From the human T2T-CHM13v2.0 reference genome, Homo sapiens, in the NCBI RefSeq assembly GCF_009914755.1, contig NC_060942.1: a stretch of DNA of 64,000 nucleotides, one strand, 5' to 3'. Positions 28,177 to 40,366 of this stretch are shown piece by piece. Within the stretch, counting starts at the first letter, position 1. Every line of letters begins with the position of its first letter. The notes under the pieces are model-generated. The model was not told where the DNA came from. It saw only the letters and a list, made by a program, of their open reading frames with translations, and did no database searches. The position numbers were made by a program, and so were the translations under genes.

Positions 28177-28295
28177 CTACCTTTCTGAATTCTGTTCACG
28201 TTTCAAGACCCAATCAGACTCTGCTTCTTGGAGAGTTCCTCCTTTCATGGGTATTGCCTCTTTTAAACTCATAGTAAGATATATATGAGAGCATC

Positions 28296-28587
28296 AGCTG
28301 GGTGTGGTGGCTCACAACTGTAATCTCAGCAATCTGGGAGGCTGAGGCGGGTGGACAACTTGAGATCAGAAGTTCCAGACCAGCCTGGCCAACATGGTGA
28401 AACCCCATCTTTACTAAAAATAAAAATTAACAAGGCATGGTGGCATATGCCTGTAATCCCAGCTACTCGGGAGGTTGAGGTGGGAGGATTGCTTGACCCC
28501 AGGAGGCAGAGGTTGCAGTAAGCCAAGTTCATGCCACAGCTCTCCAGACTGGGCAACAGAGTGAGATTCCATCTCAAAAAAAAAAAA
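28296..28587 (+). mobile_element. AluS
   Basis: Full dimer with poly(A); diverged TSD aagatatatatgagagcatc / aagacatatgcgggagaatc. Confidence 0.95.
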
Positions 28588-28704
28588 GACATATGCGGGA
28601 GAATCTAGGAGTAGGAGTATCCATACACTCCTCAACTCCAATCTAAAGAAGAGAATTCAAAATGTATTTGTGAGTATACAGTAACCACTATCTATATTTC
28701 TCCC

Positions 28705-28873
28705 ACTCAGTGAAAGGATTATTATAGTCAAATAAATTAACATTTGCATCACCTCACATAGTTAACATTTTTGTGTATTTGGTAAAAGCACTTAAACTTT
28801 ATTCTCTTAGCAAATGTTTCATATACAACACAGTATTGTTATTAACTGTGGTCTTCATACTATACGTTATGTC
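28705..28873 (-). mobile_element. L1MA 3' UTR fragment
   Basis: aaattaacatttgcatcacctcacatagtta...ttctcttagcaaat...atacaacacagtattgttattaactg. Confidence 0.75.
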
Positions 28874-29623
28874 TGTTGATGAAAAGAGTCAAACTCTGTA
28901 AAATATTTTTAGAGATTTATTCTGAGCCAAATATGAGTGACAATGGCCTGACACAGCCCTCAGGAGGTCCTAAGAACATGTGCCCAAGGTGGTCGGGCTA
29001 CAGCTTGTTTTTATATATTTTAGGGAGGCACGAGACATCAATCAAATACATTTAAGAAATACATTGATTTGGTTCAGAAAGGCAGGACAAAAAGTGGGGG
29101 CTTCCAGGCTATAGGTAAATTTGAACATTTTCCAGTTGACAATTGGTTGAGTTTATCTCAAGACCTGGGATCAATAGAAAGGAATGTTCAGGTCAAGATA
29201 AAGAATTATGGAGATCAAGTTTTATTGTGCAGAGGAAGCTCTCAGATAGCAGACTTCAGAGAGAGATCAGGTTGTAAAATGGGTTTTATTAGACCTAAAA
29301 GGGTATCTGGCTCTTAGTTGATTATCCCCTGAATCTGGAAAAAAATGAAGGAAAATAAAGGGGAAATGGGATTCTCTATAGGATGTGGATTTTTCCACAA
29401 GAGACTTCGCAGGGCAATTTCAAGGTATGGCAAGGAAACATCTTTTGGGGTAAAATATTTTGATTTTCTTCCTTGTTATGCCAGAGTCAGATTGGAAAGT
29501 AGTCATGGTATACAGGGTTAAATAAAACCCATCTGATGAGAATTTATGGCTTGTAGGGCATGACTCCCTAAACCCCCTAGGTAGGAAATTTGGCAAGATA
29601 AAAAAATCAGAGCTTAGTCCTCA
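28874..29623 (-). mobile_element. MER4E-like 3' LTR of a truncated ERV1 provirus
   Basis: Reverse complement starts TGAGGACTAAGCTCTGATTTTTTT; preceded on the minus strand by a purine tract (aagagcggggac), i.e. the PPT. Confidence 0.9.
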
Positions 29624-32600
29624 GTCCCCGCTCTTGGCCAAAAAGCATTCCATAGAATGCATGTTCAGGCCAACAAACAGCAGCATGTCCCATGGCGCTA
29701 GGAAGGCTCATTCCTAGCGTTGTCTGATTTGGCCATCTGGCAGGGGCCCACGGTGCTAGGAAGGTTTGTTCCTAGAGTCCTCTGATTTCATGGTAATATA
29801 GTTTTAAATATTAGCGATTTGGATAATGGGGGAGGACATAGTTTGACCTGATGTAATAGCCAATTGTTTAAGGGGTGAGATGGAGTCAGGCCTAGAGTTT
29901 AGTCTAAAAAGAATCTTAGATCATATCTGTTTTGCAAGCTATCATAATCTGGGTCTTTAATTGTGCCTTCTTCCCTTTGCTGTATCTGGCATAACATTTA
30001 CAAGAGATATATAATGCTAATACAGTGACAACTACCAAAGAGATAGCAAAGATTAGGTGTCCAAGAAGGTTATAGGTAGAGTCAGAGGGCAGTTAAACAG
30101 CCCTATCAGCCAGGAGAAACCCTGCATGCATCATCATATTCTTTGATCCGACTCACCATGTGTTTATCCTCCTTATTAAGGGTTATTTGAATCTCATGAT
30201 AAATCTTACTTAAAAATTGTAGGGCCAACATTAAATTAGAATTTATTAAACTTAATTTCTCTTCTGGCCAATTTCTCTCCATAGGTATAGCATCCTGAGG
30301 AGGGTAAAATTTAAACGCAAGAAACGCCTGGTCCTCAGTGTCTAAATTGTTATAGATGTGTTAACAGTAGACAAATCTATTCTTCCCTCCACTTTTGTAT
30401 TGCACCATATATTGGTATTTGGGAGAGAAAAGGTTTTGTCACAGGAGAAGTTATATAATTCTGCAGTGTTATTTTTCCTTGGCAGGACTCCCTATGGCTG
30501 AGGGCCTTTAGAGTCAAAGACTTATAGCCCATTAATTGGTCTAGGTCATATAGGAATGGATAAAGACAGGCATTCATAACTTCTTAAAATTATTATTTTA
30601 AGTAAAAAAAGACAACAAAACCAAAAGACAAAAGTTACAAGACTGACTCATTTTTAACTTATGTGTTGAGCTACTGTAAGCTTGGTTTCTGTTACAGGCT
30701 TACAGCAATTAGCTGTTAATTAGCAATTAAAACATAAGCATTGTTCTAAAAAGTAATTAAAAATACATACATGATAGAGATAGATGATAGATAGATAGAT
30801 AGATAGATAGAAAGATAGGTAGATAGATAGATTTATCTTCACAACTTAAAATTGGGAGTATTATACCCAGGAGGCTTTGTTACAAGGTATTTTATCCTGT
30901 TAGTAAATATTTTCCTTTAATTCTATACCAAGCAGAAAATTTTTATGGTTGGGGTGGATGCAAAAGTGACACATAATAGTTTAGAAGGCAACTAATCTTG
31001 TTTTGCCAGCTGTTTGAGCATTTATTGTATCCCTTTCTTGATTCAGAGGGTTTAATGTTGACCTGATTTTATCCCTTGAAACCAGCCCTTAAAATCTTTT
31101 GTGCCCACCTCTTCCATGATAGCCCCTGGGCCTAGAGGGAGGCAGCTTGTATAGGTTTGGCAGCAGAGCTTTAGCAGTGAAACAGATTCAGGCCCAGTAG
31201 GATGTCAAATGAGGGAGATTCATATCTCTGGTCTTCAGAATACCATGATGTTGGTTTCCTTGGAAGCAAAACAAGGAGAGATAAATAACATTTATAGTTT
31301 GACAGTTATAAGAGTAATTCATGTGTTAGAACAGAAAAAGGAACCTATTCCATTAGGGCACTAACTAAAAACATGAAGAAAAAATTATAATCTGGTACCT
31401 TCTAGAGGATTATTGTAGCCAAGAAATAATGATTTAATCTGTACTTAAAAGGTTACGGCCGAAATCTAGTATTAGGTGTCACGTTTTTAACTATCATTGA
31501 ACTTGTGCAGACAACTATACTGTTCTAAAATTACAATCTGAATTTTGGAGAACGCAGAAAGGTACATTTGCTTACAAAAACATACTTTACCCAAATAACT
31601 TCAAAGAAAAAGATTTTCCTGACCCTCCTTTAAACAGAGCAGCAGCTTTTAAGACCAGATGTTTGTTTATCTTGGAAATTTTATTTACAAACAAGCAGCT
31701 CATTGAGAGCTATTAGGCACTATAGAATTTAGCAGCTTCTTACAATTAGTCCTAGGAGAAAGGCTCTCTGCTTATTAGGTAGCAAGATTCTATGTAAACC
31801 ATTTTTATTTTGGCACGGAACTTTTTGGAAAACATTAATTCTATTAGTATAGGAGTAGCGTCAGTTAAAGCAAGGCAGTAGATGCCCCATCAAGTAGAAC
31901 TTCTCTAGCTCAGTCGTTGTTACTGAAAAGTACTCACAATTTTTGCCATCAGCCTCAATAAATGCTGCACACAAAAGGTTACTGAGTGGAAGATTTACAT
32001 GAGCAGATTGACATGTCTTCAGTTTTATAGTACTAGAAAGGGGAAAACATCCCACAGTTAGATATAGTGCCCATTTTCAAAAGACATTTAGGTAAAAGGG
32101 GTTACAACTACCTTACATAAAGCTTGTTTAAACATCTTACATTTTACAATTCTATTAACCTGTATGTTTTTATATTCTGGTCCCAGGAAGCATTTTTTTT
32201 AACCCCCAGGCCATTTTACCATTTCTAGTGAAAAGGGTTTGGGTCCCCAGCAGGGAATTACATCTGTAAGACCTATGAGGGACAACAGATTTGATAAGGC
32301 TTCTTAAACAGACCTATGATTCTGTGGGAGGGGCAGCCATGTAAAAGGGGCTCCCTTAACCCCCAAGTTTACCATGACCCAGGTAATAGACATTATTTGG
32401 TGGGAGGATATCCCGGTTATCATAAGGCTAGTCCAACATGGCTTACGTATGAAACATATTAGCTGCTTCATCTTGGATACTTCACTTGGTATTTTATAGG
32501 GAGAGTTGGGCAGTCCCCTTCTCAGGGAAAACAGATCTTATAATGGCATTACCTGCCTCACTAGGCCAATTGCTTTCTCAGGAATAACCCCCTGTGCATT

Positions 32601-33215
32601 TGGATAGCATATACTCAGAGATTGTTCAGTAATGAGCTGTGCATCCTGCATTAATTCAAACAAGCTCTTACATTCTGTAGCATTTAAGGTTAAGAATTTT
32701 GTCCTTAAAGTGGTTATTTTAAAGAAGCCGAATGATACCAATCTACAAAATGGAACAATTCCTTTACATTACATCCTTTAAGAAGTCCTTCTTACTAACC
32801 TTATTACAGCTGACATAGTTCATTCACAGCACGTTTAGACTGTTTTGTCTTAAATATCCCTCTTTCTTGAACAACCTCATTATTTCTATCTTAGGACAAA
32901 AATTTACCACACAAGATTCTTTCGTATATAAAATTATTTTTCTTTTTTACCAGAAATACTACTTTACATCTTTAACTTTCTTTACATCTCTTATTTCCTG
33001 ATTTCTTTACCTTATTTCACATATAACCCTTAAATAAGCTTTGAATTAGACAAAGATACTTTACCTTTAATAAGAACTTTTTTTAAAATGTTTTTTATAA
33101 TTCTTAAATTGGAAATTGCCCAGATACTTAAGATCAATTAATAACCTTAGATCCTAAATTATGTCAAGTTTGTTTGCAAGCATTTATTCCATTACATTTA
33201 CCTGATTAATTTAAT
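29624..33215 (-). mobile_element. MER4-group ERV1 internal sequence, 5'-truncated
   Basis: Contiguous with the PPT/LTR; MER4-int-like sequence with no long ORF; no matching 5' LTR adjacent. Confidence 0.75.
30773..30832. repeat. (GATA)n tetranucleotide STR
   Basis: Interrupted gata/agat run. Confidence 0.95.
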
Positions 33216-33242
33216 GAAATAGCGAAGTTCTTGCATAGGAAC

Positions 33243-33555
<313 letters not shown>

Positions 33556-34250
33556 TAAAAGAAAATCTCTTCATTTCTAGTAAGTAGGATGTCAGAAGTA
33601 AAATGGTAGATCTAAAAAAACTGCCAGTGGCCCGATAGTTATCATTTCATTTCCCAGGTCATTATCACAAATCTGCAAATTAGACTTTCTAATGCCTCTC
33701 TGAGGTAGAAAATCCAACTGTCTTTATTTAGTCAAGATGGAAGCAGCGAAAATTGATCTTTGCTTAAATATATTATAACAAATCCTGTTCCTTTACACAT
33801 TATGGAATCTGCTTTATAGAAACCTCTACCGGAAATGTAAATGTCCCTAGTCATACATAATTTCGTTCTTTCAATATTTTTCTAAGGTAAAAATGAATAC
33901 AACTGTAAGTCACAGCGACATTCATTAAAAAAAATCTCCCACTCATTGCTATTAAAAATCATCCCTAAGTAGCTTCTACCTTGAAAACTAACATAGGTTC
34001 AAATAGTTTACTTTAAAAGGTCTAGCAAGTGTGGTGGTAACATTTTAAAACTTATCTTTTGTTATTAACAGAATTTGCTTTTATTTTCTAATTGTACCTG
34101 TGGTCTGACATTTCCTCTGCACCCATTTCGAGACCTTCTAAACAAAAAAAGAAATCTATGAGCTGACCCCAAGGAGATTGCTGACCAAATCTGCCTGTCA
34201 CCAGTGACAGTTACAGGTCACTTGGATTTTACAAAAGCAACAAAAAGTAA

Positions 34251-34574
<324 letters not shown>

Positions 34575-35019
34575 TAGGCAAAGTGTGCTATCAGTAAAGT
34601 CTGCTTTTGTTGTGTCGGTCCCCTCTTTCTGATTCTGTTTCTCTCACCTAGTTGTGCCTCCTGGCCTCTCCTGCTCATCACCCCCAAACTCCTTCTGTTC
34701 TCACATTCTGACTGGGCCTCACAACGTTTTCAAAATCTTTGATTGCAGTCTTCTTTCATATTTAGTTGGAAATAATGAAACAACTCTTTATTAATGACTT
34801 CAGACATCAGTTTGATTGGTGTCTCCTGAATCCCCTGATATCATAATGCGGCAGTTGATCTGAACTGGGGATTCCTCAAAACAGTTTGGCAATTCTGGTT
34901 TTCTCAGTAAATAAACCACAGATGTCCTTGGACGCCAACTGGCAAAGCATGTCTTTGTACTGGGTCCTTTGTACTATTTGAGAAGTGAACAAACCTAGTT
35001 ACTAAGGCTAGAATCTAAG

Positions 35020-35303
35020 CTAAATATTCAAACTAAAACTTGTAGAGTAACAACTTAAAGAATAAAACAGAATGGAATGTGGATGGAAATGGATTTCAAG
35101 TAAAAGGAAAGAAAAAAGGAAAAGGAGGAAAGACAAAACTATAAATCCAGACCAAAAAATAAAGTTAAAAATATAGGGCAGAATTGAAAGCGAATAGATC
35201 ACAATCTAAATTTGTAAATTTGTAATCAATTGTAAACGTGTAAATGGACTCTCCCATTAAAAGGCACTCTGGGCAACAGATGCAGCTTTATGCAGTTCAC
35301 AGG
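35020..35303 (+). mobile_element. Old L1M ORF1/ORF2 junction fragment
   Basis: A-rich; gtaaatggactctcccattaaaaggca...tgcagctttatgcagttcacag resembles the ORF2 start. Confidence 0.5.
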
Positions 35304-36539
35304 TGTTATTGTTTGGCTGTCTCCCCACCCAAATCTCATCTTGAATTGTACTCCCATAATTCCCACATGTTGTGGGAGGGGCCTGGTGGGAGATAATTTG
35401 AATCATGATGGCTGCTTCCCCCATATCATTGTTATGGTAGGGAATAAGTCTCACAAGATCTGATGGCTTTATCGGGGTTTCCACTTTTGCGTCTTTCTCA
35501 TCTTATCTTGCTACTGCCATGTAAGTAGCGCCATGATTCTGAGGCCTCCCCAGCCATGTGAAACTGGTAAGTCCAATTAAACCTCTTTTTCTTCCCAGTC
35601 TTGTCTATGTCTTTATCAGCAGCATGAAAACGGACTAATACAGTAAATTGGTACCCGTAGAGTGGGGCATTGCTGAAAAGATACCTGAAAATGTGGAAGC
35701 GACTTTGGAACTGGGTATCAGGCAGAGGTTGGAAGAGTTCAGAGGGCTCAGAAGAAGACAGGAAAATGTAGAAAAGTTTGGAACCTCCTAGAGACTTGTT
35801 GAATGACTTTGATAAAAATGCTGATAGTGATATAAACAATAAGGTCCAGGCTGAGGTGGTCTCAGATGGAGATGAGGAACTTGTTGGGAACTGGAGAAAA
35901 GGTGACTCTTGTTACGTTTTAGCGAAGAGACTGGTGGCATTTTGCCCTGCCCTAGAGATTTGTGGAACTTTGAACTTGAGAGAGATAATGTAGGGTATCT
36001 GGTGGAAGAAATTTCTAAGCAACAAACCATTCAAAAGGTGACTTGGGTGCCATTAAAAGCATTCCATTTTAAAAGAGAAACAGAGCTTAAAAGTTCAGAA
36101 AATTCGCAGCCTGAACAATGCAGTAGAAAAGAAAAACCCATTTTTTAAGAAGAAATTCTAGCTGGCTGCAGAAATTCACATAAGTAACAAAGAGCCGAAT
36201 GTTAATGCCAAAGACAATGGGGAAAATGTCTCCAGGGCGTGTCATAGGTCTTCACAGCCACCCCTCCCATCACAGACCCAGAAGCCTAGGAAGAAAAAAT
36301 GGTTTCATGGTCTGGGTCCAGGGTCCCCATGCTGTGTGCAGCCTAGGGACCTGGTGCCCTGCATCCCAGCTGCTCTAGCCATTGTTAAAAGGGGCCAAGG
36401 TACAGCTCGGCCCATGGTTTCAAAGGGTTCACGCCCCAACCCTTGACAGCTTCCACGTGGTGTTGAACTTGAGGGTGCACAGAAGTCAAGAATTGAGGTT
36501 TGGGGACCTTCACCTAGATTTCAGAAGATTTATGGAAAC
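35304..36539 (+). mobile_element. THE1B 5' LTR (35304-35642) plus 3'-truncated THE1-int
   Basis: LTR ends ccaattaaacctctttttcttcccagtc...ggactaataca, then gtaaattggtacc...gatacctgaaaatgtggaagcgac (MaLR internal); stops abruptly at tatggaaac. Confidence 0.93.
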
Positions 36540-37013
36540 TCTGGCCTACTGGCATGGGTACAGCATGCTTCCTACCTGCTGAGGATGAATGTGATACACA
36601 GAGCTATGATGGTTTCTAATGAGTAGTAAAATTCACAAAAGTTTCAAGTTATTCATGTCAGGATCATTCCTTGTGCAAAGTTTGATGTATTAATAAATGA
36701 AGATCAAATGGTTTCTTGGTCTGTAATTGCAATTTCATTTTTTAAAGTCAGTAGGTTTTTTGTACAGTTCTATTACAAGCGGCCAAGGTTTAATTTCATC
36801 CATCTCCATGAAGTGCTGATAAACATTTTTGTAGGCTTGTAGTCTTTGAATTTAAGGAAGAGAGCCTCACCTTTGGTTAATTTTTTAATATACTTCTGTA
36901 GCTCAATGTTCACATTAAAATGAACATATGTATCTTCTTTTCTTAAAGCCACAGGAGTATCTTGCACAGTACTTAAATCTATGTCATTCAGCTCCTTGAT
37001 ACTAACTGTAATA

Positions 37014-37193
37014 TAGCATATTTCAGGCGAATTTTCTCAATTCTAGTAGTGAGTAACACCACTCCTGATTCTGACAACAACTTTGGTAATAAAGTAGTGA
37101 TATGTGCTGCTTAGCATATTTCAGACCAATGTTCTCAGTTCTAGTAGTGAGTAACACCGCTCTTGGTTCTGATAGCAACTTTGGTAATAAAGT
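37014..37193. repeat. Tandem duplication (82-bp core, 98-bp period) inside the AIDA pseudogene
   Basis: 37014-37095 versus 37112-37193, 9 mismatches by my count. Confidence 0.93.
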
Positions 37194-37195
37194 CA

Positions 37196-37571
37196 TGATA
37201 TGGTTTGGCTCTGTGTCCCCACTCAAATCTCATCTTGAATTGTACTCCCATAATTCCCACATGTTGTGGGAGGGACCCGGTGGGAGATAATTGAATCATG
37301 GAGGTGGTTTCCCCCATACTGTTCTCGTGATAGTGTATAACTCTCACGAGATTTGATGATTTTATCAGGGGTTTCTGCTTTTGCATCTTCCTCATTTTCT
37401 CTTCGGCTGCTGCCATCTTTGTAAGATGGGACTTACTCCTTCTTGCCTTCCGCCATGATTGTGAGGCTTCCTCAGCCACGTGGAACTGTAAGTCCAATTA
37501 AGCCTCTTTCTTTTGTAAATTGCCCAGTCTCAGGTATGTCTTTATCAGCAGTGTGAAAACAGACTAATACA
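37196..37571 (+). mobile_element. THE1A/B solo LTR inserted in the AIDA pseudogene
   Basis: tgatatggtttggctctgtgtcccc...ctctttcttttgtaaattgcccagtctcaggtatg...agactaataca. Confidence 0.95.
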
Positions 37572-38377
37572 AGTAGTAGCGTACCAGGAACTCTAGCGGG
37601 AAAAGAATCGGGAGACCCTGCTCCAGCACCACCCTGTTCTTCATCTTCTTCAAATTCCAAATACTGTTTTTCATCAGGTACTAAAGTTCTTTTTAAGGGG
37701 ACAGGCTGAACGTCAAATGGAAATTCTTTATTATATGTAAAAATATTCTTTAGGATTAGTTACAGTTTCTTCAGGTCCTCCGATTTCAGTTCTTCTTGAA
37801 ACTGTGTGGAATGTAAAGCTGCACTTCACAATTCCAAGCGTGTTGCAACATTGCCTGTGGGTTTCTTTTGTTATTCTGTGAATTCTCGCGTTGAGCTTGG
37901 GCCTCTTTTTGTAGAAGTCTTGCTAATATCAGATACTCATCTATCACTTCCACCAGCTAGCTCCAAGAGTCAAAGCTGGTGCCTCTCCTAAAACTGGCTC
38001 CCCAGTGCTGTAGTAGACTCTGGGTCACGAAGGTGACCACTCTTTACCCTGTCCCCTTCTGTTCCTACTCCAGCGGGCTTTCAGGCACCATCCTGGCTGG
38101 GCCTGACACCAGTATTGACAGGGCCAGGAGGAACCACTATAGCAAACTCTGCCACCTTCCAAGGAGCCACGCAAGCTTATTTGCAACCACTCTTCTCTTT
38201 TTTTCCTCTCTTTATTTCTTTTTAGTGTGATTGTGGTATTTATTTGCGGTATAGTAGGTTCATTTGTTTCACATTGCTTTCAGTTTTTGATTGTTCCTCC
38301 TTCCCATGCTTACTGATTAATCTTACATTTCTAATATGTAGGACAAATACTTTAAAAGCCAAAACTGTACAAAAGGA

Positions 38378-39725
38378 GGAAGGGCTTCAAGATGGCTGAC
38401 TAGAGGCATCTGGTACTGCCACCTCCACACAGAAGAACCAACATAGTGAGTAGTTATCCACTTTGAATAGATCATCTGAGAGAACACTGGAATTCAACAG
38501 AGAAGTGACAAGAAACACTTAAAGCAAGGAAGAAGGAATTGAGGCAGCCTGCTGGGCTGGATCAACTGGGAGCCTGGAGGGGCTCCTCAATGTAGGACAG
38601 AGTAAATGTGAGATCCCAGCAGTCCACGTTCTCACCACAGGCTCCTGCAATCCTAGCCACAGGGAAGCCCCTCCATCCAGAGACTAAGACAGGGCACAGC
38701 CTGGAGGTCGCAGGACGGCATGCTGGATACAACCCCATCCCTAATAGCACAGTGCATACAGAGAGTCCAGTTCCCACCAAAGGGCATCATGCCTGGGGGC
38801 TCAACAGCCCTGCCCCCACACATCCTCCACACATCCACATTCCCTGCCCGCAGCCCCTGCTGTGCCTGGCTGGTGCTATTGCAGCCAGGGCTGAAGCGTG
38901 AGCCATTCCAAAGACCCTACTGACTCCACTGCCCCCAGCAGTGAAGATGCCATGCATTTTCACATGTCCTGAGGACAAATTCCCCTGCCCACAGGAGCCG
39001 CTACAAGAGCCAGGGCCAAAGTGTGAGTTCCCCAGCTGCCTGCTTAGGGCTGCTGCCACTGAAAACAACCCCACCCCCCTGAGTAGCAGGGCTGCAACAC
39101 AGCTGCTGCTGCCCCCACCCCTGCATTTCACCTTGGTCCTAGGGATCACCCTGCCCCTGCCTATCAGAGCCCCTGCATGCACCACTGAGGGCCCTAAGGT
39201 CAGGTCTTCCTGGCCAGCTCAGCCCCTCCAGTGCCAGAGCATGCTGTCCCATCTGGGAACCTAGGGGCCACTCAGTGCTCAGTTGAGTCCACCACTGGTG
39301 TCACCTGTGCACTCCTGTCAGGGGCCTGAGGTCAGGCCCACCCAACCTGCTACTGCCACCACAGCTGGCACCCACTGCCCGTGATCTGGGAACTGGCTCT
39401 CAGCCCATCACAGCCAACACCAGCACCAGTGTGGACAGCGTGGGAGCTGAGGTTTGTTCAGCCTCTGCTACTGCCATCACCCACACCACACCCACTGTCC
39501 AAGGCCTTGAGAACCTGCCCACTGCTGCCACTGCTGGCACAGGAGCAGGACACCAGGAGGCCCAAGAACCAGCCCACCTGAACCAGCTAATGCCGGGGCC
39601 AGAGTGTGCTGCCCTGGGGCCCAAGGGCAGGCTCCCTCAGTCTGCCACTGCAAACACAGGCCCCGGGACAGGACCACTTGATATCCCTGTACCCAGCAAA
39701 ACTTTACCACAGCCTATCTAATAAC
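38378..39725 (+). mobile_element. L1MA/L1M2-type 5' UTR (GC-rich), 3'-truncated
   Basis: Starts ggcttcaagatggctgactagaggcatctgg; GC-rich internal repeats typical of old L1 5' ends; accounts for the ORF cluster here. Confidence 0.82.
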
Positions 39726-40341
39726 AGGAATTGGGACCTGAAAAGACAGCAGTACTAAATTCTGAATTGATCCTTTCAAATATTTTGATGTGTTGACTTT
39801 CCACAGAACAAGGAGACATTACATGTATTCCCTAGCAGTGAAGCAATAAGAAAAGTGACTAAACTCATAATAAAAGGCCCAAATGAAAGCTTTTCTGTAA
39901 GAAAAAATTAGACTAGTGTTATTTCCAGTGTTACCACATACCCTAAATGCAAACAAACTATCTTGAAATAGAAAGGATAAGAAGAGAATCAATGAAAAGG
40001 GCTAATGCTGAGCTTTGTTTTTCAAATATCTGAAAAGCTGTTGAGTTTTTCAATTTTACATACAAATGTGTTGTAAAAACGTGCAGCCTGATTAGCAAGC
40101 AATAAAACTATCTTGCCAAGTAGTTTTAAAGGTCTAGCTCTTTAGTAATTTAAGAAGAATCTGCATCAAGCTAGAAGACACTGCTTCTTCAAATAAATTA
40201 CACACAATCTTTTACGTTTGGGTTTTATAGCTTTAATTGAATGTTTGCACCACTTATAATGTCACAGTGTTTAAGATTTAACTTAACAATTGCCATCTGA
40301 AACTTCTCACGTTATCCTGTAAGTCTTCTAACAAGGTTCAA

Positions 40342-40366
40342 GTGTGTGTGTGTGTGTGTGTGTGTG
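40342..40366. repeat. (GT)n microsatellite
   Basis: Direct observation. Confidence 0.97.

Larger units (their letters stand above)
36540..38136 (-). pseudogene. AIDA: Processed pseudogene of AIDA (axin interactor, dorsalization associated)
   Basis: Intronless minus-strand peptides match AIDA: VTQSLLQHWGASFRRG, EFEEDEEQGGAGAGSPDSFPARVPGTLL, LLSEPRAVLLTTRTENIGLK, QDTPVALRKEDTYVHFNVNIELQKYIKKLTKG, ending LHKE-stop (TGA 36666-36664). Premature TAG at 37959-37957, frameshifts, no ATG, LTR insertion. Confidence 0.95.

Noticed and set aside
35304-37571. THE1 retroviral capture of AIDA mRNA between two LTRs
   Set aside because: AIDA sequence continues beyond the second LTR to 38028, and the two LTRs differ at subfamily-diagnostic 3' sequence.
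38562-39721. Cluster of overlapping GC-rich ORFs as a gene or CpG-island promoter
   Set aside because: Lies within an old L1 5' UTR, is CpG-depleted, and shows no recognisable protein similarity.
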